Assembly: GCA_022749905.1 (NCBI GenBank)
Contig: JAKIWU010000001.1
Location: 1-33,147 of the forward strand
DNA from: Thermoplasmata archaeon
GTDB taxonomy: Archaea > Thermoplasmatota > Thermoplasmata > Lutacidiplasmatales > UBA184
Reading direction: 5' to 3'
DNA length: 33,147 nucleotides
A program made the translations under genes and the position numbers. Positions 7,144 to 15,730 of the stretch are shown one piece after another (the first letter of the stretch is position 1; every line of letters begins with the position of its first letter). The notes below the pieces were generated by a model that saw only the letters and a list, made by a program, of their open reading frames with translations, did no database searches and had not been told where the DNA came from.

Positions 7144-7554
7144 ATGGAACCCGAGCAGAGTGGATGGCGCCGCCTGACGAAGGCGGAGGAACGCGTGATC
7201 GTCCACCGGGGGACCGAACCGGCGTTTTCGGGGGAATACGAGACTCTGCACGAGAAGGGGACCTATCGATGCCGTCGCTGTCGGACCGCACTCTACCGGT
7301 CGGAGAGCAAGTTCGATTCCGGATGTGGCTGGCCGAGCTTCGACGACGAGATCCTGGGGGCGGTCGACCGGATTCCGGACCCCGACGGGGAACGCGTGGA
7401 GATCCGATGCCACCACTGCGGGAGCCATCTCGGCCACGTGTTCGAGGGCGAACGGTTCACGCCGAAGAACACGCGGCACTGCGTGAACTCGATCTCCCTC
7501 GTGTTCGAGCCGGCGCCCCCCGAGGGCGCCCGAATCGAGCGCCCCCGCCTCTGA
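7144..7554 (+). CDS. msrB: Peptide-methionine (R)-S-oxide reductase
   Basis: SelR signature: two CxxC zinc pairs (CRRCRTAL, CHHCGSHLGHVF), GCGWPSF, and catalytic RHCVNS. The start is placed at ATG 7144 (MEPEQSGW); the track ORF starts at 7114. Confidence 0.9.
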   Translation: MEPEQSGWRRLTKAEERVIVHRGTEPAFSGEYETLHEKGTYRCRRCRTALYRSESKFDSGCGWPSFDDEILGAVDRIPDPDGERVEIRCHHCGSHLGHVFEGERFTPKNTRHCVNSISLVFEPAPPEGARIERPRL

Positions 7555-7582
7555 GCACCCCGAGCTTTCGCCGGCTCCGCGG

Positions 7583-8689
7583 TCAATACACCGTGATCGC
7601 GGCCGCGAGGCCGGCATGGTCCGAGGGCCAGAATCCCGAGGCCGTCATGCTCGACGGGTCGTCGCCGACGAGCTTGGTCTTGTCCGCCTGGAGCGCGCCG
7701 AGCGTGAGCACGTAGTCGACCCGTTCGCTGAGGGCCGACGCCGGGTTGTTGATCACGTCCACGGTCACGCCGTTCTGGATCGTTTGGCAGCAGGTGTACC
7801 CGGAATCGTTCGGGTTCGTCTGGTTCCAGGCGTCGCCGAAGCCTGCAGCGACGAGCGCCGCGTACGTCGGATCGGTCGACACGCTGTTGAGGTCCCCCGA
7901 AAGGATCACGGGGAGCGCCACGTTGGCAGGTCCGGCGAGAATCTCGTTCGCCTGCGCCAACCGCACGGCGGGCGAGAACCCGTCGAGATGGGTCGAGATG
8001 AACCGGACGGTCGTCCCATGGAAACTGAGGTCGACCGAAGTCCACCCACCGTAGAGGACAATCGTCGATCCGAAGAATACGATCTGGAAGTTGTGGACGA
8101 AGGTCTGCGACTGGATGTTGGCGACGCTCAGCTGCCCGTTCGCGAGGTCCGAGGTCCTGACGAGGATCGCGCTGCGGTCGGTGAGCCGGACGTTGACGAG
8201 GCCGCAGGGGAAGAGTCCGGGCGACTGGACCGCGAAGTTCGAACGGACCACGAGGGTCGTGTAGTTGAGGCCGTTCGCAACGAGGGCCGTTTGGAGCATC
8301 TGCAGGTAATCGAGCGTCTGCCCCGTCGTGGACGGGCACGTCTTGCTGATCGGGGTCGTCTGCCAGAGGGCGACTTCCTGGAGTCCGATCACCGCGGGAT
8401 GGGCGGACGCCACTTCGAGGGCGATCTGGGCGGCTCGGGCCGAAAAGTTGTTGGCGAGCACGTGGCCGAAGTCCATCGCCACGGCCGACAGGAGCTGGGG
8501 AACGGTCGTCGATCGCAGGACGGCCTGCAACTCGGATCCCTGGTAGATGTTGTACGTGAGGATGTTCAGGCGTGCCCCCGCGCCGTGCTGATCCGAGCTC
8601 TGCGGGTCCCCCGCGAGCGCTCCGACGGGAACGATCAGCAGGGCGGCGAGGCTGAGGGTAAGTGCTAGGGTGCGACCGATTCGATTCAT
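7583..8689 (-). CDS. Secreted endonuclease/exonuclease/phosphatase (EEP) family protein
   Basis: N-terminal signal/anchor (MNRIGRTLALTLSLAALLIVPVGALAG). EEP blocks LNILTYNI, GLQEV, STHLD, GDLN and C-terminal PSDHAGL. Strong SD AAAGGAGGTT lies 8 nt upstream of the ATG. Confidence 0.8.
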   Translation of the reverse strand: MNRIGRTLALTLSLAALLIVPVGALAGDPQSSDQHGAGARLNILTYNIYQGSELQAVLRSTTVPQLLSAVAMDFGHVLANNFSARAAQIALEVASAHPAVIGLQEVALWQTTPISKTCPSTTGQTLDYLQMLQTALVANGLNYTTLVVRSNFAVQSPGLFPCGLVNVRLTDRSAILVRTSDLANGQLSVANIQSQTFVHNFQIVFFGSTIVLYGGWTSVDLSFHGTTVRFISTHLDGFSPAVRLAQANEILAGPANVALPVILSGDLNSVSTDPTYAALVAAGFGDAWNQTNPNDSGYTCCQTIQNGVTVDVINNPASALSERVDYVLTLGALQADKTKLVGDDPSSMTASGFWPSDHAGLAAAITVY

Positions 8690-8738
8690 GGTTCTCGAAA
8701 CCTCCTTTCTTCGTCCTTGTACTGAAGCGCACCCGGGC

Positions 8739-9389
8739 CTACTCCCCCGCCACGTTCAGGACCAGGTTGTCAATCTCGATGGGTTGGACGCCCCAGACCA
8801 GGTAGAACACGTCGCTGAGACCCGCGGTGATGGGCTTGCCTTCGATCACGGTCACGTCGATCACGGCGTTCACCGTGTTGCCCCGGGTCCCGTTCGTGTA
8901 GGTCAGACTGACGTTGAAGTAGTCGTTCCCGGGCTGAACGGACGTGCCATTGCGAGGCAGTGTGAACTCGAGCGCGAACGCGGAGGCTGGACACTTCCCG
9001 CCTGCGGAACCGTCGACGAGGGCGCAGTAGGAGCCGGCGGTAGCGGGGGAGGTGTACGTCGAGCCGTTCACGTTGGACAATCCGGCCGCCGCCGTCGTCA
9101 CCGTGAGGCTCGGCGTGTTCGGGAAGTTGCTCGGGGTCGTCTGATGGACCGAGAAGCTCGAGCGCGACAAGTTGAGGTGGGGACCCGGACCCCAGGTCAC
9201 GAAGCCGAGCGCGGTGCCCGCGGTGAGGCCGATCGAGATCGTCAAGAACACCGTGACCGCGATCCGTCCTGCCCACCCCGGTCGGCGATCCGCGCGGGGT
9301 CGCAGGACCTCGGCACGCCCCCGCGTCCCGACCCTGGTTCCCTGTTCCGTTGCGTCCCGCCCGCTCAGCCCGCTCTCCTCGTGCCTCAT
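8739..9389 (-). CDS. Hypothetical membrane-anchored extracellular protein, N-glycosylation sequon-rich
   Basis: Arg-rich N-terminus, one TM segment (IAVTVFLTISIGLTAGTALGFV), then a Thr/Ser/Asn/Gly-rich beta-like domain with five N-X-S/T sequons (NLS, NGS, NGT, NVS, NGT) and a Cys pair. High GC3 in this frame. I recognise no family. Confidence 0.5.
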   Translation of the reverse strand: MRHEESGLSGRDATEQGTRVGTRGRAEVLRPRADRRPGWAGRIAVTVFLTISIGLTAGTALGFVTWGPGPHLNLSRSSFSVHQTTPSNFPNTPSLTVTTAAAGLSNVNGSTYTSPATAGSYCALVDGSAGGKCPASAFALEFTLPRNGTSVQPGNDYFNVSLTYTNGTRGNTVNAVIDVTVIEGKPITAGLSDVFYLVWGVQPIEIDNLVLNVAGE

Positions 9390-9648
9390 TTCGAACCCCT
9401 GAAGGGCTCACCTGATTGGGGGAGTGGGAGGGTCCGAGATAGTTCGCGCGAACACGGTTGGAGGAATCCGCGTCGCGCGAGGGGTTCGAAGGCCGTTTTT
9501 CCCCGGCTCTGGAGGGGAACCGGGAAGGAGCTCGGGCCCGGGACCCGCGGAGCCCCCGGACGTCTCGCCCGGGTCGCGGGCTCCGAACACGGGGGCATTA
9601 TGGGGTGGTTCGATTCTGTGGGCGTGAACCCGTTCGGGAACGACTGAC

Positions 9649-10614
9649 GTGGACGCCCTCGACTTTGCCATCTTCCGCTGGATGTCCCCCTCCGGCGAAG
9701 CACGATTCTGGGGAACGCGCCGGCTCATCGATCCGAGGATCACCCCGAGGGAGATCGCGGAGCACGTCGGTGCGAGCGAGAACGGGGTCCGCGCCAGGAT
9801 CCGTGCGCTCGGGAAGTCCGGATTCTTCCACGGGTCCGAGGTGTGCCCCAACCCCGCGCTCTTCGGGGCCCGCTTGATGGTCGCGGAGATCCCGGTCGCG
9901 AGTGCGGGGGAATCGCGCCAGCTGTTGGACGATCTCGCGCTCGTGGAGGGTGTGACGTTCGCGCGCGACATCCTCGATGAGAGCGACCGGAAGCTGAAGG
10001 TGCACTTCGTCTCCTCCAACGGCGAAGGGACCGCGCGCCTCGCCGGTCTCCTCGCCCGTCTCGCTCCCGGGCATCGCATCCGACCTGCGGAATCGTACTG
10101 GACTCCCCCGTGCGAGCTCGAGCCCACGCCGCTCGATTGGCGGGTGGTTCGGGCATTCCGGAAAGCTCCGGATGACGCACTGAGTCGCGTGGCGCAAACG
10201 ATCGGGATCACGCTCAAGACTGCGGGCCGTCGGTTCCACCGCCTGATCGACGCACGCGCCTGCTGGTGGACGCACAGTCAGGGCTCGGAGGAGTTCCCGA
10301 TGGCCCAGCTCACCGTGACGCCAGAACCGGGAACCGACAGCGTCGACCTCGCGCGGTCCGTCGCGCTGACCGCGCAGAGCTGGATGCCGGTCAGCCACGA
10401 CGGCCGGGGCTCCGATCCCTCCGAGCCCGACGTGCGGATCGTGGGGCTCGTTCCGGTGGAGACGCCGGCCCGGCTCGAACGACTGATCGATCGGATCGCA
10501 GCCCTCCCGGATGTCTCGGGGGTGGAACGAACGTTCGCCCTCGGCTCACGCAGCTATCCGGACTGGTTCGACCGGGAGATCGAGCGTCGGGTCGAGCCGA
10601 GTCGCCGGGCCTGA
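9649..10614 (+). CDS. Tandem winged-HTH (Lrp/AsnC-like, duplicated) transcriptional regulator
   Basis: Two repeats of an HTH followed by a small alpha/beta domain: LDFAIFRWM...ITPREIAEHVGASENGVRARIRALGKSGF and LDWRVVRAFRKAP..LSRVAQTIGITLKTAGRRFHRLIDA. GTG start. Confidence 0.6.
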   Translation: MDALDFAIFRWMSPSGEARFWGTRRLIDPRITPREIAEHVGASENGVRARIRALGKSGFFHGSEVCPNPALFGARLMVAEIPVASAGESRQLLDDLALVEGVTFARDILDESDRKLKVHFVSSNGEGTARLAGLLARLAPGHRIRPAESYWTPPCELEPTPLDWRVVRAFRKAPDDALSRVAQTIGITLKTAGRRFHRLIDARACWWTHSQGSEEFPMAQLTVTPEPGTDSVDLARSVALTAQSWMPVSHDGRGSDPSEPDVRIVGLVPVETPARLERLIDRIAALPDVSGVERTFALGSRSYPDWFDREIERRVEPSRRA

Positions 10615-10786
10615 GAATCGCCCACCGGGCGCTCGGCGGATTCCCGTCGGAACATTCTTGGTCCGCCCTGCCCCTGCGGCCGCCGGCGGCGGGCCGACGG
10701 TGGAGGACCCAGACGCCGATTCGGGGGATGCGTTGCGTGTCCGGCAGGTCCACCGTGCCCGCACGACGCAGCGTCTTCGACGAGCC

Positions 10787-13700
10787 ATGAATCCCTCCAC
10801 CGTCCACGACACCGGTCTGCCGTCGGCTCCGCGCGCATCGACCACCTCAGGAATCCGGAGCCCGTCGCGGCTCGAGCGTCGGGAGGTGACGGTCCTCTTC
10901 GCGGACCTCGCAGGGTTCACGCCCTTCTCCGAAAAGGCAGGCGAAGAGGCAGCCTTCCGCTTGATCGAGAGAGTCGCGACCCTGGTGACCGAATCGGTGA
11001 GGGCCTACGGCGGCGTCGTCAAGAGCTTCACCGGGGACGGCGCGATGGCGGTCTTCGGAGCGCCCTCCGCCCTCGAGGATGCACCGCTGCGCGCCTGCAA
11101 GTCCGCTCTGCTCATCCAGCAGGGGCTGGGCGAAGGGGCACGAGGGATCGAGCTCGAATTCGGGATCGAACCGTCCCTCCGTATCGGAATCGGCACGGGG
11201 GCTGCGATCCTCGGGACTGTTCCGACGGGCGAAGGGACGGGCGCGGCCGTCCTGGGCGATGCTGTAAATCTTGCGGCGCGGCTCGAACGGCGCGCGGCAC
11301 CGGGGACGATCCTACTCAGCGAATCGACGTACCTCCTCGTCCGGGGACAGGTCGAGGTCGAGGCGATCGGGGAGCAGACGCTCCGCGGGAAGAGCGAACC
11401 TCAACGGGCCTACCGGCTGAAGGCTGTGCGATCCGACACGACGCGGTTCGATGTGGCGCGCCAGCGCGGGCTCACGCCCCTGGTCGGCCGGGCCCAGGAA
11501 CTCGCAGGACTCGAAGCGGCGCTGCGTGAATCCCGCAGCGCGGTTCGCGTGGTCGACCTCGTCGGCGAGGCCGGGCTCGGAAAGTCGCGCCTCCTGCACG
11601 AGTTCCGGCTCGAGCTCGGCCGCCAGCGGTGCGTGGTCCTTGCGGGGAACTGTACTCTGGAGGGGAAGGACGCCGCCTTCCGGCCCTTCACGGAAGTGAT
11701 CCGTCGGTCGTTCGGGGTCGAGGAGGGCGCCGCTCCGGACGTGGCCGCCGGGAGGCTCGAGAGCGGACTTCGGTCTCTCCAGCTGGATTCGCCTCAGAAC
11801 CTCGGACTCCTGCTGAACGTGCTCGGCTACCGGGTGCCCGGGGGGATCCTCGAGAACATGGACCCCACCATACTCGGCTCGCGCACCCAGGAGCTGCTCC
11901 GCAGGCTCATGGAAGCCCGAAGCAAGCGATCGGTCGTCGTCCTCATCATCGAGGATCTGCACTGGATCGACCGGCTCTCGGCTGACCTTCTCGCACGTCT
12001 CGTCGGGGGATCGAGCGCGGCGCCGTTCCTCGTCGTGCACAGTCGACGTCCGGAGTACGAGCCCGCCTGGCGTGGACAGCCGAACGTCACCGCGCTCCGC
12101 CTCGGACCGCTCGACCCGGCCGGCATCCAGAGGATCGTCGAGTCCCGCCTTGGGGTCGAGGGCCTTTCGGAGGCCTTCGCACGGCTCCTTGTGGGGACTG
12201 CGGAAGGGAATCCGCTCTTTGCCGAAGAGATCGCGACCTTCCTCCTGGAGCGGGGGGTCGTCACGCTCTCTCGAGACGGCGCGGCCTATGACCCCCGCGG
12301 CTCGGTGGCGCTTCCGTCGAGCCTGCGATCCCTTCTGACCGCGCGCGTCGACCGGCTCGATGCCGCCGAGCGGGAACTCCTGCAGGTCGCTTCGGTCATC
12401 GGGCGCGAGTTCGAGCCCGCCTTGCTCGGAACGGCATCGGGGGTCCCATCCGACAGGGTGGCGTCGCACTTGGATCGCATCCGCTCCCTCGATCTCGTCT
12501 ACCCGGATGCTCGAACGGGTCGTTGGTGGTTCAAACACGCGCTGGTCCGGGAGGTGGTCTACGAGAGCATCCTTGCCGTGCGACGGACGGCGCTCCACCT
12601 CCAGGTCGCGCGCGAGATCGAACGCGGCGCGGGGGACCATCCCAACGTCTTCGCCGCAGCGCTGGCGTACCACTACGGGCGCTCCCCGGATCGACGCCGC
12701 GCCTTCCAGTGGCTTGCGATCGCGGGCCGCAAGAGCCTCGACCTCTACGCCCTCGAGGAGGCCGAGGAGTACTACCGACTCGCGTTCGAGATCCTCCACG
12801 GCGACCCGAGTTGCGCGGAGGATTCGGCCGCGGCGGAGGCGATGCTCGATACCGTCGAGATCGCGTATCAGAAGAGCGACTTCGTCGGGATCCTGCGGCT
12901 GGCCGAGGCGCACCTCCCGCGGCTCGAAACGTTCGGCGATACCCCGCAGCTCAGCGCGGTTCTCTTCTTCCTCTGCAACGCCCTGACGAATCGCTGCCAG
13001 CCGCGCGACGCGGAACCGATCGCACGTCGCTCGCTCGCGATCGCCGAGCGGTGCGGTGATGCGAGGGCCATCGGTCGCGCGTGGGAGGCGCTCCTGTACA
13101 TTACGACCAACCTTTCGAGAACTCCGCTCGAGGAGTCGGAGCGGATGGGCGAGGAAGCGCTCCGCTTCTCCGCGGCCGCTCACGACGACTACAACATCAA
13201 TTGGGCCCACCAGGGCATCGCGTGGGACTACGCCCATCGGGGGCTGATCAATGAGGTGCAGGAGTGGTCCGAGCGCCTGATCCGATCGGGCGAGGAACGG
13301 GATGACCCGAGAGCGCTCGCGCTCGCGCACTGGACCCTGAGTTGGGCGAACATCGTCGTGGGATGGAACGACGAAGCCATCGCCCACGCCCGAACGTGCA
13401 TTGCGAGCGCCCTCACACCGTTCGACCAAACCCTCGGGCTCGTCGCGGAAGCGAGTGCGGAGATCTTCCGGGGCGCAACCCCCGAGGGGCTCGCGCGTCT
13501 CCAGCAGCTCCGGCGCCGTACGGAGAAGAACGGATGGCTGATCGTCGACGCCGCGATGGACATCGCCGAAGGAGTCGGCCTCGCCGTGACCGGAGACATC
13601 CAAGGGGGGATTCGCCTCCTGCGGACCTCCATCGCTGTGCGGGACCAGGAGGGCTTGAGGACGATCGCGGCCTGGAGCCGCATCGCCCTCGCAGAGGTGT

Positions 13701-14014
13701 ACCTCGAAATCCTGACCGGGACCCAGCGGCCTCCCGTCATGGTCCTCCTTAGGAACTTGCCCACCCTCCTGGCCGCGAAGCTGGTCGGGGCACGTCGGGC
13801 TCGTCTCCTCCTCGAGGAAGCGAGCACGCACGACCAGCTCAGTCCCCGTGGGGCGATCCGGGCGCGGATCGAGATGGACCTCGGCGTCCTCGACAAGCTC
13901 GACGGGAAGTACCTCGAGGCGAAACGCCACCTGGGGGACGCCCGGGTGTCCGCAGCGCTCCAGAAGGCGACCCCCCTCGTGGCTCGCATCGATGCGGCCC
14001 TTGCAACCCTCTGA
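10787..14014 (+). CDS. Class III adenylate/guanylate cyclase fused to AAA (STAND-type) ATPase and TPR-like repeats
   Basis: Cyclase core: VTVLFADLAGFT (metal Asp), KSFTGDGAMAVFG (Lys and second Asp), LGDAVNLAARLE (Asn/Arg). Walker A is GEAGLGKS and Walker B is VVVLIIEDLHWID. The C-terminal roughly 450 aa are helical and repeat-like. No C-terminal LuxR HTH is recognisable. Start placed at ATG 10787 (MNPSTV); the upstream 92 codons of the track ORF look non-coding. Confidence 0.85.
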   Translation: MNPSTVHDTGLPSAPRASTTSGIRSPSRLERREVTVLFADLAGFTPFSEKAGEEAAFRLIERVATLVTESVRAYGGVVKSFTGDGAMAVFGAPSALEDAPLRACKSALLIQQGLGEGARGIELEFGIEPSLRIGIGTGAAILGTVPTGEGTGAAVLGDAVNLAARLERRAAPGTILLSESTYLLVRGQVEVEAIGEQTLRGKSEPQRAYRLKAVRSDTTRFDVARQRGLTPLVGRAQELAGLEAALRESRSAVRVVDLVGEAGLGKSRLLHEFRLELGRQRCVVLAGNCTLEGKDAAFRPFTEVIRRSFGVEEGAAPDVAAGRLESGLRSLQLDSPQNLGLLLNVLGYRVPGGILENMDPTILGSRTQELLRRLMEARSKRSVVVLIIEDLHWIDRLSADLLARLVGGSSAAPFLVVHSRRPEYEPAWRGQPNVTALRLGPLDPAGIQRIVESRLGVEGLSEAFARLLVGTAEGNPLFAEEIATFLLERGVVTLSRDGAAYDPRGSVALPSSLRSLLTARVDRLDAAERELLQVASVIGREFEPALLGTASGVPSDRVASHLDRIRSLDLVYPDARTGRWWFKHALVREVVYESILAVRRTALHLQVAREIERGAGDHPNVFAAALAYHYGRSPDRRRAFQWLAIAGRKSLDLYALEEAEEYYRLAFEILHGDPSCAEDSAAAEAMLDTVEIAYQKSDFVGILRLAEAHLPRLETFGDTPQLSAVLFFLCNALTNRCQPRDAEPIARRSLAIAERCGDARAIGRAWEALLYITTNLSRTPLEESERMGEEALRFSAAAHDDYNINWAHQGIAWDYAHRGLINEVQEWSERLIRSGEERDDPRALALAHWTLSWANIVVGWNDEAIAHARTCIASALTPFDQTLGLVAEASAEIFRGATPEGLARLQQLRRRTEKNGWLIVDAAMDIAEGVGLAVTGDIQGGIRLLRTSIAVRDQEGLRTIAAWSRIALAEVYLEILTGTQRPPVMVLLRNLPTLLAAKLVGARRARLLLEEASTHDQLSPRGAIRARIEMDLGVLDKLDGKYLEAKRHLGDARVSAALQKATPLVARIDAALATL

Positions 14015-14151
14015 TCGCCGAGTCCCGGATCTCGGAGTGGTTCGGGGACTCCGAGCGGTACCCTTGAAACGGAATGTTCAAATAGCAATTTCAGAAATCC
14101 TCCTCCCAGAGCGTATGACGCTCGTCTGACAAACGACCAGGGGAACGCAAC

Positions 14152-15285
14152 ATGAAATCCATCATCCAAGAAGCGATCGCGAAGCACAAGGAGAACGAGG
14201 CGCTCACCGAGGACAAGAAGCCCGTCGCCGCTCCCTACACGAGCGCCGACGACGCGGAGCTCGCGAAGCTCGCGGAGGCCCTCAAGGTCAACATCCGGAT
14301 CGTCGGCTGTGGCGGCGGCGGCTCCAACACGATCAATCGCTGCGTCGAGGAAGGCATTCTCGGCGCCGAGATGTGCGCCATCAACACCGACGCGAAGCAC
14401 CTGCTCTCGATCCACGCGCCCCGGAAGATCCTCATCGGCCGGCGCGCGACGAAGGGTCTCGGCGCCGGCGCTCGCCCGGAAGTCGGCGAGGAAGCCGCGC
14501 GGGAGAACGAGGAAGAGCTTCGCGCCTTCCTCACGGGCGCGCACATCGTGTTCGTCACCGCCGGGATGGGCGGAGGGACCGGCACAGGATCGGCCCACCT
14601 CGTAGGACGACTGGCGAAGGAAGCCGGCGCGCTCACGATGGGCGTGGTCACGCTCCCATTCGCCGGTGAGGGTGCCGCGCGGATGGAGCAGGCTCGCGAC
14701 GGACTCGAGCGCCTGCGCAGGGTCTGCGACACGACGATCGTCATCCAGAACGACAAGCTCCTCGAGCTCGTCCCCAGGATGCCCCTCGACTCCGCGTTCA
14801 AGCTCGCGGACGCCGTCCTGATGACGGCGATCAAGGGGATCACCGAGATCGTGACGAAGCCCGGCCTCGTCAACCTCGACTACTCCGACATCATGACCGT
14901 CATGAAGGACGGCGGCGTCGCGCTCATCGGGCTCGGAGAGAGCGAGAACACCACCGACCGGGTGACCGAAGCGGTCACCGAGGCCCTCACTTCTCCGCTC
15001 ATCGGCTCCGTCGAGCTGAAGGACGCGACCGGGGCCCTCGTGCGGGTGATCGGCGGCCCGACGATGACCGTCTCGGAGGCCGAGAAGGCAGCCGCCCTCG
15101 TCGGCGGCAAGATCTCGAAGCGCGCCCGGATCATCTGGGGATGCTCCGTCGAGAACACCCCCGAGATGGAGAACACGATCAAGGTGCTCCTCATCATCAC
15201 CGGAGTCCGTGCCACGAGCCTTCTGGGGCAGAAGGGAGGCTACGCGGCCGGTGAGTCCGAGGAAGTCATCGACCTCGTCCGGTAG
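14152..15285 (+). CDS. ftsZ: Cell division GTPase FtsZ
   Basis: GCGGGGSN, the tubulin signature GMGGGTGTGSA, and NTDAKHL. 377 aa with an archaeal-type N-terminal extension. Confidence 0.97.
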   Translation: MKSIIQEAIAKHKENEALTEDKKPVAAPYTSADDAELAKLAEALKVNIRIVGCGGGGSNTINRCVEEGILGAEMCAINTDAKHLLSIHAPRKILIGRRATKGLGAGARPEVGEEAARENEEELRAFLTGAHIVFVTAGMGGGTGTGSAHLVGRLAKEAGALTMGVVTLPFAGEGAARMEQARDGLERLRRVCDTTIVIQNDKLLELVPRMPLDSAFKLADAVLMTAIKGITEIVTKPGLVNLDYSDIMTVMKDGGVALIGLGESENTTDRVTEAVTEALTSPLIGSVELKDATGALVRVIGGPTMTVSEAEKAAALVGGKISKRARIIWGCSVENTPEMENTIKVLLIITGVRATSLLGQKGGYAAGESEEVIDLVR

Positions 15286-15634
15286 TCTGGTCCACCGGCC
15301 CCGCTACCTCGGCATCGAGGTAGCCGGGGAGTTCGCGCCGCCCCGGTCCTGGCTCGAGCCCGCCCTCGCGCGGGCTCTCCCTCCCGGACCGATTGGTGGC
15401 GCCCCACGGCGCGTGCGAGTCATCCGAGTGGAGCGTTCCCGAGCCCTCGTGGAAGTCGGTCACCGTTGGGCGTCCGACGCTCGTCGGGCATGGAACGGTC
15501 CCCTCCCTGGACCGTCGGGGCGCCCGATCGATCTTGCGACGCGGCGTACCTGGGGAACGTTGCGCGGCGGCAAGCTGTGGCTCCGGGAGCCAGCGCGGCG
15601 CAAGGAAGTCCCACCGACCGTTACGGTCCCCTGA
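15251..15634 (+). CDS. rnp2: RNase P protein component 2 (Pop5/Rpp14 family)-like
   Basis: HRPRYLGIEV near the N-terminus and C-terminal TWGTLRGGKLWL parallel the archaeal Pop5 blocks (KKRYIAFKV...VSGTIKRLKRKFL in Pyrococcus). In-frame GTG 15251 puts RYL at residues 18-20, as in known Pop5. It overlaps the ftsZ 3' end by 35 nt. The call is by eye only. Confidence 0.5.
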   Translation: MSPRKSSTSSGSLVHRPRYLGIEVAGEFAPPRSWLEPALARALPPGPIGGAPRRVRVIRVERSRALVEVGHRWASDARRAWNGPLPGPSGRPIDLATRRTWGTLRGGKLWLREPARRKEVPPTVTVP

Positions 15635-15730
15635 CCTCGCGCGTTCCGCGCCGGCGGGGTCTCCGCGTCGACGCGTCCGCCTCGCGACAGGCTTAATTCG
15701 GTTCCATCTTCATACGGAAGGGTAAGGAGA

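Noticed and set aside
7293-8732. 479-aa minus ORF and 350-aa plus ORF (7616..8668) overlapping the EEP gene
   Set aside because: They are alternate or antisense frames with Arg/Pro/Asp-rich composition. The chosen frame has a signal peptide and EEP catalytic blocks.
9600-9647. 15-codon uORF (MGWFDSVGVNPFGND) ending 1 nt before the regulator GTG 9649
   Set aside because: It has no SD. Its ATG lies within the only TATA-like island (CATTATGG), so it is probably not transcribed, and nothing else supports coding.
11312-13930. 872-aa minus-strand ORF antisense to the cyclase-STAND gene
   Set aside because: There are no motifs and the composition is Arg/Pro/Glu-rich low complexity. The sense frame carries complete cyclase and Walker motifs.
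13228-14598. 456-aa minus ORF bridging the cyclase 3' end, the intergenic region and the ftsZ 5' end
   Set aside because: It crosses an AT-richer intergenic region and is antisense to two strongly supported genes.
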